Part shown: piece by piece, positions 16,409 through 24,329 of the stretch | Position numbering within the stretch: position 1 is the stretch's first letter | How the letters are laid out: each line of letters opens with the position of its first letter | DNA from: Candidatus Dormibacteraceae bacterium | GTDB taxonomy: Bacteria > Chloroflexota > Dormibacteria > Dormibacterales > Dormibacteraceae | DNA length: 28,423 nt | Assembly (NCBI GenBank): GCA_041487825.1 | Contig: JBGPOC010000001.1 | Coordinates: 1 to 28,423, forward strand | Direction: 5' to 3' | Made by a program: the position numbers and the translations under genes | Notes under the pieces: model-generated | What the model was told of the DNA's origin: nothing | The model's database searches: none | Seen by the model: the letters and a program-made list of their open reading frames with translations, nothing else

Positions 16409-17643
16409 ATGCCTGCTCGCCCTCTCAGCACGCTCATGGACACGGCCGGGCTTGCGACCCCGATGACAGGCGAGGTCGCCCTGATCACGGGCGCCGGGCG
16501 CGGCATCGGTCGAGAGGCGGCGCTGGCTCTCGCCAGGCTCGGGGCGTCGGTGGTCATAGCCGAGATCAGCGACGCCGGCGCCTAGACCGAGGCCACCATC
16601 AAGGAGGCCGGGGGCTTGGCGCTTCACGTGAAGGTCGACATTTCAGATCCCGAGTCTGTGGCGTCGCTCCACGAAAGGGCGATTCGCACCTTCGGACACG
16701 TTGACGTCGTGGTCAACAATGCCTGTGTCTTCTACACCAAGCCGCTGCTGGACCACTCGGTCGAGGAGTGGGACCGCGTGATGGCGGGCAACCTGCGGGG
16801 CGCCTTCTTGACCGCGGTTTACTTCCTGCCGGAAATGGTGGCGCGCCACCACGGAGTCTTCGTGACTATGGAGTCGGGGGAGGGCATGCCCTACATGGCG
16901 CCGTACTTCGCTTCCAAGGCGGCGTTGGGCTCGCTGGCGGGTTCGCTCGGCCAGGAGCTCGGCCCGGATGCGGGCGTATCGGTCTTCTGCTTCGGCGCCG
17001 GCATGGTAGACACGCCGGCCATAAGGGAGGCGATCCCCAGGCTGGCTCCGTTGTACGGCATGACGGAGGAGCAGTTCGTAAAGCAGGCGGCCCCGGGTGG
17101 ATCAATGCTCACTGCTGAGGAGTGCGGAGCCGGTCTTGTGGGCTGCATCCTGAACGCGGCGCGCTTCCACGGCGAGGAGACCGCGGCTCCGGCTGGGTTG
17201 GCGCTTTTGGGCCTGGGCGCGCGGACGAGCCCGGCCGGAGGTGAACCCGCTCGATCCGCCGCTCACACCGGCGGCGAGCCGCGTGAGGGTGCTCGCGAAA
17301 CGGCTCAGCTGATAGGAGAGCTGCGCAGCGAATACGACAGCCTGGGCATGTTCCAGCGCCAGTGGTACCGGCGCATGTTGAAGCAGCGCACGGGGCTCAG
17401 CCTGGAGGACTGGGAGTCCGCCAGCCAGGATCTCGCCAAGCTTGCCGACGATCCCGCGGCAAACGCCCAGGCGATTGCGGCCCATGCGGCCGACATCAAG
17501 CTCCGGCAGGCTACTTCCAGAAGCTGGAGGCGGAGGCCCGGGGGTACATGAGAGATCCGCGGCAGCTCCAGGAGGCGGTGTCCGCGCTGGAGCGCCGCCG
17601 GGCGGCTGCGGAGCATGCCGCGGCGAGCCTGACGCCCGGCTGA
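16409..17643 (+). pseudogene. SDR oxidoreductase with a helical C-terminal extension, disrupted by an in-frame TAG and a probable 1-nt deletion
   Basis: ATG 16409 opens TGAGRGIG in frame with the 16616 ORF (NNAC, YFASK), interrupted by TAG at 16583-16585. Near 17501-17505 the protein-like reading switches frame to AGYFQKLEAEARGYMRDPRQLQEAV, ending at TGA 17643. Confidence 0.75.
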
Positions 17644-17661
17644 GCGTGCGGGGTCGGGTTC

Positions 17662-18216
17662 TTATCGCCTCTTGGGCTTGGGTCCGGTTGCGCGTCGCCC
17701 TGGAGCGGCCGGGCTCTTGGGGCGGCCGGCGGCCGACGGCTGGGCGGATTTCTGCTTCGCGACACTCGAGATCAACAGGATGGGGCGCTTTGAGTGCAGC
17801 ACCAGCTCGTGGCTCACGCTGCCGAGAACCAGCTCAGCGACGCCGCCCCTGCCCCTGCGGCCGACCACGATGACGTCGGCATCGAGACTGTCGGCAACCT
17901 GAGCGATCACCGAGGCTGGGCGGCCGTCCTCCATGATCGTCCGGTATCGAACGCCCGCGTCCTTCAGCGGCTTGATCCACTGAAGCTCGAACTCCTTCTT
18001 CATGCCTTCACGCCACTCCGGGTCGAACTGGGGCGGCGCGACGGGGGCAAAGTACGCACCCTCGAAGTAGACCGGCGGAGAGATTGCAAAGACGGCGATC
18101 ACCTCGGAACCCATTCCCTTGGCCATCCGCACCGCCCACCCGAGAGCGGCTGCCGAGTGCTCGGAGCCATCCACGCCGACGACGATCCGACCGATGCCTG
18201 AAACCTTGGTCGCCAT
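17662..18216 (-). CDS. Universal stress protein (UspA family, ATP-binding type) with a basic tail
   Basis: IVVGVDGS and a G-2X-G-9X-GS motif (GRRGRGGVAELVLGS). AGGAG RBS. Confidence 0.92.
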   Translation of the reverse strand: MATKVSGIGRIVVGVDGSEHSAAALGWAVRMAKGMGSEVIAVFAISPPVYFEGAYFAPVAPPQFDPEWREGMKKEFELQWIKPLKDAGVRYRTIMEDGRPASVIAQVADSLDADVIVVGRRGRGGVAELVLGSVSHELVLHSKRPILLISSVAKQKSAQPSAAGRPKSPAAPGRRATGPKPKRR

Positions 18217-18248
18217 ATCCGACTCCTATTCAACCCGTGATGTGCAGT

Positions 18249-18263
18249 GATCAGTGACTGATC
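18249..18263. promoter_or_regulatory. Perfect inverted repeat GATCAGT-G-ACTGATC between divergent genes, candidate operator
   Basis: 7-bp perfect arms with a 1-nt spacer in the usp/baeRF intergenic region. Overlaps tandem CAGTGA copies. Confidence 0.4.
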
Positions 18264-18383
18264 GTGGCTAGTCTTCGATATCACAATAGGGAGCCGGGGC
18301 CCCCTCGAGAATAGAGCCCGAGGTCCCTCGAATCGGGGGCCGGTCGCGCCTGTCAGCGCCACCCGACACGTGCGAGGTTCAAC

Positions 18384-19190
18384 GTGATGGAAGTACACAC
18401 CACGCTCTCCGCTCTCATGTCGTTCGCCCCTGGCCTGCGCAAGGCTTCCGGCCACGCCCTCAGCGTCTATCTGCCCGCGCGGGCCGAGGGATACGACGCG
18501 CGCCACTACGACCTCGAAATCGGCCACATTGAACGCAGATACCGTGACCGCTTGCCCGCCGAGGATCGTGAGGTCATGAAACGCGAAATCGACCGCGTAC
18601 GCGTTCATCTCGCTCTGGTACGGCCCGCCGGCTGTCCCGCCGTGGCGGTATTCGCCGACGAACCCCAGGGACTGCTCGAGCTCATCCGCCTGCCGGTTGA
18701 GACCGAACCCCGGCTCGAGGTCGGACCGCTGCTCCTCGCGCCGATCGAGCGGATGCTCGAGCAATTCCCGCCCGCCCTGGTCGCGGTGGTCGACAAGAGG
18801 GAGGCCATGGCGTTCGGCGCCATCCTGGGTGAGGTGATCCCGCTCGAGCACCTGGTCGGCAGGAAGGTCAAGCACCACAAGGCGGGGGGCACGTCCGCGT
18901 CGAGCAATCAGCGGAAGTCCGAGAACACGGCGAAGGCAAACCTGACCGCGTTCATCGCGACCATCGAACAGGAGATGCGCGCCGTTTCATATCGCCGGCT
19001 GTTCGTGGCGGGGCCGGACGAGGCCCTTGCCGAATTCGAGCACCTGCTGTCCCCGGGACTCAAGCGACTGATCGCGGGCAGGCTTTCGGCCTCGCTCGAC
19101 TCGGCTCAGCTCCAGCACCAGCTCCGCGAACAGATCAGCGCGCTGCCCGCGGCGCCTCAGCATCGGGCAGAAGGTCATGCCGTCAGTTAG
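18384..19190 (+). CDS. Bacterial archaeo-eukaryotic release factor (baeRF/eRF1-like) protein, short form
   Basis: ALSVYL, AVFA, LVAVVDKREA, KHHKAGGTS...QRK and LFVAGPDE follow the eRF1 domain 1-2 pattern. GAGG RBS. ATG 18387 is an alternative start. Confidence 0.7.
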   Translation: MMEVHTTLSALMSFAPGLRKASGHALSVYLPARAEGYDARHYDLEIGHIERRYRDRLPAEDREVMKREIDRVRVHLALVRPAGCPAVAVFADEPQGLLELIRLPVETEPRLEVGPLLLAPIERMLEQFPPALVAVVDKREAMAFGAILGEVIPLEHLVGRKVKHHKAGGTSASSNQRKSENTAKANLTAFIATIEQEMRAVSYRRLFVAGPDEALAEFEHLLSPGLKRLIAGRLSASLDSAQLQHQLREQISALPAAPQHRAEGHAVS

Positions 19191-19230
19191 GGCGGTGTTG
19201 AAGGCCGAGCCGCGGACCGGCGCTTCCGGC

Positions 19231-19830
19231 ATGCGAATCGCCGCCGGCATCGCCGTTTCGATCCTGCTTGTCGCATGTGGCTCATCCGGTCCAAGCGGCA
19301 ACAACCCGCCGGCGACCCCAAGCCCGTCCAGCTCGCCGTCGGTGTCCCCGACACCGTCACCTTCCCCATCGCCGGCCCCAACCGCAACGCCTTCGCCGTT
19401 ACCAACTCCAACGCCAACCTGCACCTTCCCGGTGCACGGGGGGACGGCGGCCAGGGCCACCATCACCGACGTTCGTGTTGGTTCACACGCCGGCTACGAC
19501 CGCCTGGTGATCGAGTACACCGGCGGGCAGCCGGCTTACAAGATGGTCCCTCAAGACCCCAAGACGTTCGTAGGACCATACAGCGGCTTGCCGGTGAGCC
19601 TCACTGGCAAAGCGGGTATCCATCTGTTCATCTACAACATGGACATTCCGCCCACCTTCCCACACGGGACCAACCAGAAGCCGGGCTACAGCGAGTTGAA
19701 GCAGGTGATCGTGCTCGCCGTGTTCGAGGGCCAGGCCGACATAGCCATCGGGCTCGACCGGCTCCGGTGCCCCACGGTTTCCCTGTTGAGCGCTCCAAAC
19801 CGCTTGGTCATCGACTTCGCGACCCCGTAG
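19231..19830 (+). CDS. Lipoprotein with a Pro/Ser/Thr linker and an AMIN-like domain
   Basis: Signal peptide with lipobox LVAC, a PST-rich linker, ITDVRVGSHAGYDRLVIEY and a terminal NRLVIDF. Confidence 0.75.
   Translation: MRIAAGIAVSILLVACGSSGPSGNNPPATPSPSSSPSVSPTPSPSPSPAPTATPSPLPTPTPTCTFPVHGGTAARATITDVRVGSHAGYDRLVIEYTGGQPAYKMVPQDPKTFVGPYSGLPVSLTGKAGIHLFIYNMDIPPTFPHGTNQKPGYSELKQVIVLAVFEGQADIAIGLDRLRCPTVSLLSAPNRLVIDFATP
19300..19420 (+). repeat. Low-complexity Pro/Ser/Thr coding repeat (linker)
   Basis: Encodes PPATPSPSSSPSVSPTPSPSPSPAPTATPSPLPTPTPT. Confidence 0.7.
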
Positions 19831-19833
19831 CCC

Positions 19834-20490
19834 TCAGGCAGCTGAGGCTGGTCGCCGCATCGCCGCAATCTGCCAGAAAAGACCAGGGCGGTTCGCCGAC
19901 AGCATCAGGCCGTGTAGGTCCCCAGCGGCGATGATCTCGGCTGTCGGATGCAGGAAGAGGCGGAACTCTCGCCGGGTGATGGCCATCCCGACATTGGCCA
20001 TCCACACCATGATCCGCGTCCACCATCGCTCTTTAGGAAAGCTCATGACCAGGACACCCCGAGCGTGATCCGCCGCGGCGCCGGCGAGCCGCGGCAGGTC
20101 GGGGTAGCAGCAGATCACGCGGTTCATGACCACGATGTCCGCGGACCCGACGCCAGCCCCGGCGTCGACGAAATCCATGACCTTGCGCTCGACGCGATCC
20201 TCGAATCCGGCCTCACGAAGCAGCTCGGCTGCCGTGTCCTCGTACGTCGGCGTCAGCTCAATGCTGACCGCCCGTGCCAGCCCTGCTTTAAGCAACTCGA
20301 TCTGGAGGGCTCCGATCCCGCCGCCAACCTCGAGCAGCGTCATGCCGTCGACGCCCTGTTCGGTCAACAGCCCGACGATCCGGCGAGACGTCGTGTCGAG
20401 GCCGTTGCGGCGGTAGGCCCGCGCCTGGGCTTGGGCGCCCCGCGCGCTGAACATCTGTCGATAGCCCTTCGGCGTGCAGCAGTCGCTCAC
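19834..20490 (-). CDS. Class I SAM-dependent methyltransferase (Mg-protoporphyrin methyltransferase-like, substrate unknown)
   Basis: LLEVGGGIG motif I, VSIEL acidic residue and DIVVMNRVICCYPD. Confidence 0.85.
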   Translation of the reverse strand: MSDCCTPKGYRQMFSARGAQAQARAYRRNGLDTTSRRIVGLLTEQGVDGMTLLEVGGGIGALQIELLKAGLARAVSIELTPTYEDTAAELLREAGFEDRVERKVMDFVDAGAGVGSADIVVMNRVICCYPDLPRLAGAAADHARGVLVMSFPKERWWTRIMVWMANVGMAITRREFRLFLHPTAEIIAAGDLHGLMLSANRPGLFWQIAAMRRPASAA

Positions 20491-20533
20491 GGTCCAGAGT
20501 ATGTCGGCCGTCCGGGCCTGACGGCGGGTGCGC

Positions 20534-20947
20534 TCAGCCCTCGCCGACCCACCGCAACGCAGCCGGCATAGAGTCGAAGGTGCGCATCAGCAAACCCTTG
20601 TTGTCGACCATGTCGACGATCTCCTCGACTGTGAGCTTGCCCAGCCCGCTGGCCGCCGTCACCAGCGCCATGCGCTCGAGGCCCGCGGCGACCATCAGGG
20701 GAATCACAGTCTCCTGGGCCCATTTCTGGTCGTCACGGACGATGACCTTGATCATTCGCGTATCGCTGACATAACCCGATGCGCGCTTCTCGCGAACCGC
20801 CTGAAGGCCCTTGAGCAGGCCGGCTCTGAACTCGGCGCTGTTGGCGAAACCCTTCCATACCGAATGAACGCAGCTGTGGACGGAATCCCAGTGGATGTGC
20901 AGCCATGGCTCATCCACGTAAACGTCGGCTTGAGGAGGGGACGTCAT
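20534..20947 (-). CDS. SpoIIAA/STAS-SEC14-like hypothetical protein
   Basis: ATG 20947 overlaps the upstream stop (ATGA). The alpha/beta pattern (GYVSDTR, RMALV, RTFDSMPAALRWV) resembles SpoIIAA-like proteins. Confidence 0.6.
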   Translation of the reverse strand: MTSPPQADVYVDEPWLHIHWDSVHSCVHSVWKGFANSAEFRAGLLKGLQAVREKRASGYVSDTRMIKVIVRDDQKWAQETVIPLMVAAGLERMALVTAASGLGKLTVEEIVDMVDNKGLLMRTFDSMPAALRWVGEG

Positions 20948-21465
20948 CGCGAATCGACCGCACCATCGCTCGTGATCGCCTCGTGTCTTGCCGACACCCG
21001 GGTGCGCCACGCGAGGTAGCCACCCACCAGGCTCACGGCGGCGCCCAGCACGTTCAAGTTGGATCCGGTGCCAATGGTATTGAGCATTACGTCATGGGTA
21101 TCGGTCTGCGCGATGGCATGAACGACGCTTGCGTCAGCCCAGATCGCCAGGCCGAGCTGCGTGACCGCCATCAGGATGAGCACGATCCCGACCGCGGCCG
21201 TGGCCGGCCGGCGGAGGAGCACCAGCGTGGCGATGCCCGCGGACAGCAGCGCCAGCCCGGCGAGTGACCCCGCCGCACCCAGGCCCAGCCTGGCGAGCGA
21301 GATCCCAAAGGCGACCAACACCACCCATGGCAGCAGGACGCCGACGATTGCCGTCGACGAGCCCGCCAGGATGACGGCTCCTGCTCTTCGGGCCGGGGCG
21401 GCGGGGCGCGGAAGGGTGATCTCGTGTTCGGAGGCAGGGTGAAACGGCGCGGCCTTTAGCTGCAC
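20944..21465 (-). CDS. Hypothetical integral membrane protein (about 4 TM)
   Basis: Several hydrophobic segments (VLLPW-type first helix). Coupled to the downstream gene. Start uncertain. Confidence 0.65.
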   Translation of the reverse strand: MQLKAAPFHPASEHEITLPRPAAPARRAGAVILAGSSTAIVGVLLPWVVLVAFGISLARLGLGAAGSLAGLALLSAGIATLVLLRRPATAAVGIVLILMAVTQLGLAIWADASVVHAIAQTDTHDVMLNTIGTGSNLNVLGAAVSLVGGYLAWRTRVSARHEAITSDGAVDSR

Positions 21466-21481
21466 ACCTTGGTTTTACGCC

Positions 21482-21500
21482 GCGACGGTCGATCCGTCGC
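21482..21500 (-). terminator. Perfect 7-bp hairpin downstream of the cNMP-binding gene
   Basis: GCGACGG-TCGAT-CCGTCGC. Confidence 0.4.
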
Positions 21501-21591
21501 CATCGGTCGGCACTGGCCCGCCCCCTGAAAGCTGCTGGGTTGCCGAGATTCCGCTGGTCTTCCTTAGGCGCTCGGCTAGACCGCTCCGGCT

Positions 21592-21987
21592 TCAGGCACC
21601 CTCGGCCTGACGGATCCGCTGGCTGAGAACCTGCAGGAGGCGGTAGGCGACCTCGGGGTACTCTTCAAGGAACGATTTGAAGCCCCATTCGGGGATGGTC
21701 GCCAGCGATACGTCCGTGTCGGCTTTCACCGTCGCGCTTCGACCCTCGTGGTCGAGGAGGGCCATCTCGCCAAACGAGTCACCCGGACCCAGCTTGCGTG
21801 CCTTGCCCTGGACGGTGGTCACAGTCACCGTACCGTCCGTGATGATCATGAAGCCGATGCCGCCCTCGCCCCGTACGAGGATGTCGTGGCCCGCGGGGTG
21901 GTGGACCATCTTCAGCTGGCGCTCGATCTTCTTGATCTCGCCGTCCGGCAGGCCCTTGAACAGCTTGGCCGATTTGAGGTCCAGCAT
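21592..21987 (-). CDS. Stand-alone cyclic nucleotide-binding domain protein
   Basis: LFKGL, GEGGIGFMIITDG and the GDSFGEMALLDHEGRSATV phosphate-binding cassette. No HTH follows. Confidence 0.9.
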   Translation of the reverse strand: MLDLKSAKLFKGLPDGEIKKIERQLKMVHHPAGHDILVRGEGGIGFMIITDGTVTVTTVQGKARKLGPGDSFGEMALLDHEGRSATVKADTDVSLATIPEWGFKSFLEEYPEVAYRLLQVLSQRIRQAEGA

Positions 21988-21994
21988 GTCCCCG

Positions 21995-22000
21995 ATACTA
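21995..22000 (-). promoter_or_regulatory. Candidate -10 element (TAGTAT) of a leaderless transcript
   Basis: TANNNT hexamer 7 nt upstream of ATG 21987. Confidence 0.45.
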
Positions 22001-22052
22001 TGCCGCCTCCGGCGGCTGTCCACAAGTCGGGAACTCCGGAACCGGCGGAATC

Positions 22053-22058
22053 TACCAT
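22053..22058 (+). promoter_or_regulatory. Candidate -10 element (TACCAT) of a leaderless transcript
   Basis: TANNNT hexamer 6 nt upstream of GTG 22065. No SD sequence. Confidence 0.45.
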
Positions 22059-22064
22059 TTCCAT

Positions 22065-22727
22065 GTGCCGCACCGCTCCCAGCTTGTAACCGAGCTCGCG
22101 GGCACCTTCTTGTTCCTATCCGTCATCGCCCTGTCGAGCTTGAGCGGCGCATTCGCCCCCCTGGCGATCGGCACGGCGCTGCTGGCGCTGGTATACATGG
22201 GCGGCCATATCTCCGGCGCCCATTACAACCCGGCGGTCACCCTCGGCATGTTTCTCCGACGCAAGATGGCCGGCCTCCACCTCCTGGCGTATTGGGCCGC
22301 ACAGCTGGCCGGCGCTGTGCTGGCATTCATCGTCTGCTACCTCGTCAGCGGGCACACGCCCGGGATCCATCCGGGGCCGAAGGTCCAGGCCGTTCAAGCG
22401 CTTGGGGTGGAGATCCTTTTCACGGCGGCACTGGTCCTGGTCGTCCTCAACGTGGCCGCCTCCAAACGAACGCACGGCAACTCGTACTACGGGATGGCGA
22501 TCGGATTTACCATCGCCGCCGCCATCTTCGTTGGCGGGCCGATCTCGGGAGGTGCCTTCAATCCGGCGGTGGGCTTCGGGGCTACTCTCGGGGCGGCGAT
22601 GTTCGCCGGCGGTGGATGGTCGAACCTATGGCTCTACATCGCCGGACCGGCGATCGGCGCAGCCGTCGGCGCGGCGATCAACTACGCGCAATCGGACCCG
22701 GCGGAGCCCAGCGACATCACGCCATAA
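22065..22727 (+). CDS. MIP/aquaporin family channel
   Basis: ELAGTF, GGHISGAHYNPAVT and SGGAFNPAV. Six TM segments. Confidence 0.95.
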   Translation: MPHRSQLVTELAGTFLFLSVIALSSLSGAFAPLAIGTALLALVYMGGHISGAHYNPAVTLGMFLRRKMAGLHLLAYWAAQLAGAVLAFIVCYLVSGHTPGIHPGPKVQAVQALGVEILFTAALVLVVLNVAASKRTHGNSYYGMAIGFTIAAAIFVGGPISGGAFNPAVGFGATLGAAMFAGGGWSNLWLYIAGPAIGAAVGAAINYAQSDPAEPSDITP

Positions 22728-22739
22728 CGGTCCGCCTGT

Positions 22740-22914
22740 CTAAGCCGGCGTGTCGACTTTGATGCCGCGCGGCAGGGCGCCCAACTTCACCCGCGTGCCC
22801 TCAACCGAGAAGTCGATTCGATGACCCGCGAAATGGAGGCCGGTGACCTCCACCTTCCGCCACAGCGGCGTTTCGACAGGGGCGATCCGCAGCCGCCCCC
22901 GACAGGCGTCGGCC
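22740..22914 (-). pseudogene. Possible 3' remnant of a glycoside hydrolase/phosphorylase gene (C-terminal beta domain)
   Basis: RADACRGRLRIAPVETPLWRKVEVTGLHFAGHRIDFSVEG...* is protein-like, resembles the tail of (alpha/alpha)6 glucosidases and has no plausible start of its own. Confidence 0.4.
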
Positions 22915-24141
22915 CTAGACACGCTCGGGAAGCCGCGATGCCCGGGCGACTGCACCAAGCCACTCGGCGCTCGGTTTCGGATGCCGCGCGAAGGTCTGCC
23001 GGTCCACCGCCACGAGACCGAAGGTGGGCGCGTAGCCGAACGTCCATTCGAAGTTGTCCAGGAGCGACCGGTGCAAGTAGCCCCGCACCTCGATGCCTTC
23101 CGCGGCGCATATCTGGACCTCCCTTAGAGCGGCGTCGATGAACGCGATTCGTTTCTCATCGACCGAGGTGGCGATCCCGTTTTCGGTCACCAGGATCGGG
23201 ATCCCACCGGTACTCTTCCATGCGTGCCGGATCGCGCCTCCGAGGGCCTTGGGGTGGTACTCGTAGCCCATCTGGGTCGTTAGGTCCGTCTCCTGGGTCT
23301 CGCGCGTCCAATCGCTCCAATCGTGGCCGGGGCTGCGATGCCCCTCCGGCCCAATCCGAAAGCGGGTGTAATTCTGCACTCCGATGAAATCGTCGCCGCG
23401 CGCCAGTTCGAAGAAGCGATCGCCGATCCGCGACTCGACCTCGAGGGAGGTGTTCCCGGGCTCGGCGCCGTCCTCGTACTGGATATCGGGGATGGCGAGC
23501 GTAACGCCGACGGGTGCGTGCGTGTGGGCTCTGATTGCCGCGGCGCCCAAGCGGTGGGCCTCGAGCAGATGGTCGGTCGCGGCCTGCGCGCCCGTGTGAT
23601 CGTCCGTGTGGCCCGGCGGATTGATGCCCAGGAGATATCCGCTCTGCCCCAGCCCCTGCGGCTCGTTGATCGTGCAGGCGACGCCGATATGATCTCCGAG
23701 GGCCGCAGCCGCACGGTCGCAGTAGCGCTCGAACAGGGACGGGAATTGGTCCGATGCAAAACCGCCCAGGTCGAGGAGCCATTTCGGCAGCGTGAAATGT
23801 TGGAAGGTCAGGACCGGGGTCACGGACCGCCGGTGGCAGGCATCCAGGATCCGGCGGTAGTGGTCGAGCTCGGCGAGCGAGAATTCGCCCTCCGCGGGCT
23901 CGATACGCGCCCATTCCAGGCCGAAACGAAAGGCGTTCATGCCGAACCCGGCCAGCAGCTCGATATCGTCGGTGTACCTGTGGTAGAAGTCGCAGGCGTC
24001 GCCAGACGGCTCGCGGCAGGGGGTGCCGTCGCGGTGCTCCCACCACCACCAGTCGCTGTTCGTGTTGCCACCCTCGACCTGGTGCGCGCTCACCGCCGCG
24101 CCGAAGAGGAAGCCGGCTGGGAACTGGCTGCTCTGGTTCAT
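22915..24141 (-). CDS. GH1 beta-glucosidase
   Basis: FLFGAAVSAHQVEG, RFGLEWARIEP, TINEP (acid/base), VTENG (nucleophile) and DNFEW. The usual WSLxDN reads RSLLDN. Confidence 0.93.
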   Translation of the reverse strand: MNQSSQFPAGFLFGAAVSAHQVEGGNTNSDWWWWEHRDGTPCREPSGDACDFYHRYTDDIELLAGFGMNAFRFGLEWARIEPAEGEFSLAELDHYRRILDACHRRSVTPVLTFQHFTLPKWLLDLGGFASDQFPSLFERYCDRAAAALGDHIGVACTINEPQGLGQSGYLLGINPPGHTDDHTGAQAATDHLLEAHRLGAAAIRAHTHAPVGVTLAIPDIQYEDGAEPGNTSLEVESRIGDRFFELARGDDFIGVQNYTRFRIGPEGHRSPGHDWSDWTRETQETDLTTQMGYEYHPKALGGAIRHAWKSTGGIPILVTENGIATSVDEKRIAFIDAALREVQICAAEGIEVRGYLHRSLLDNFEWTFGYAPTFGLVAVDRQTFARHPKPSAEWLGAVARASRLPERV

Positions 24142-24329
24142 CCGGCGGAGTGTTCCACAGATTGGCCCTGCGGCGGGCGGCGGTCGGCGGCCCAGGTATC
24201 CCATCCCGACGAGTGTCAGAACACATCGACACGCGATTTCGGCCCAGTCAGTCGACGGATCGCGGAGCGCTGGACCATGATCTACATGCCAATGCTCGAG
24301 AGCAGTGAGGTGGCGCCGAGGCCGGCAGG

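Noticed and set aside
18236-18285. CRP/Rex-type TGTGA-N6-TCACA site upstream of usp
   Set aside because: Only half-sites are present and no correctly spaced pair matches.
19834-20490. Calling the methyltransferase bchM/chlM
   Set aside because: No tetrapyrrole or photosynthesis genes are nearby, and only generic class I motifs are visible.
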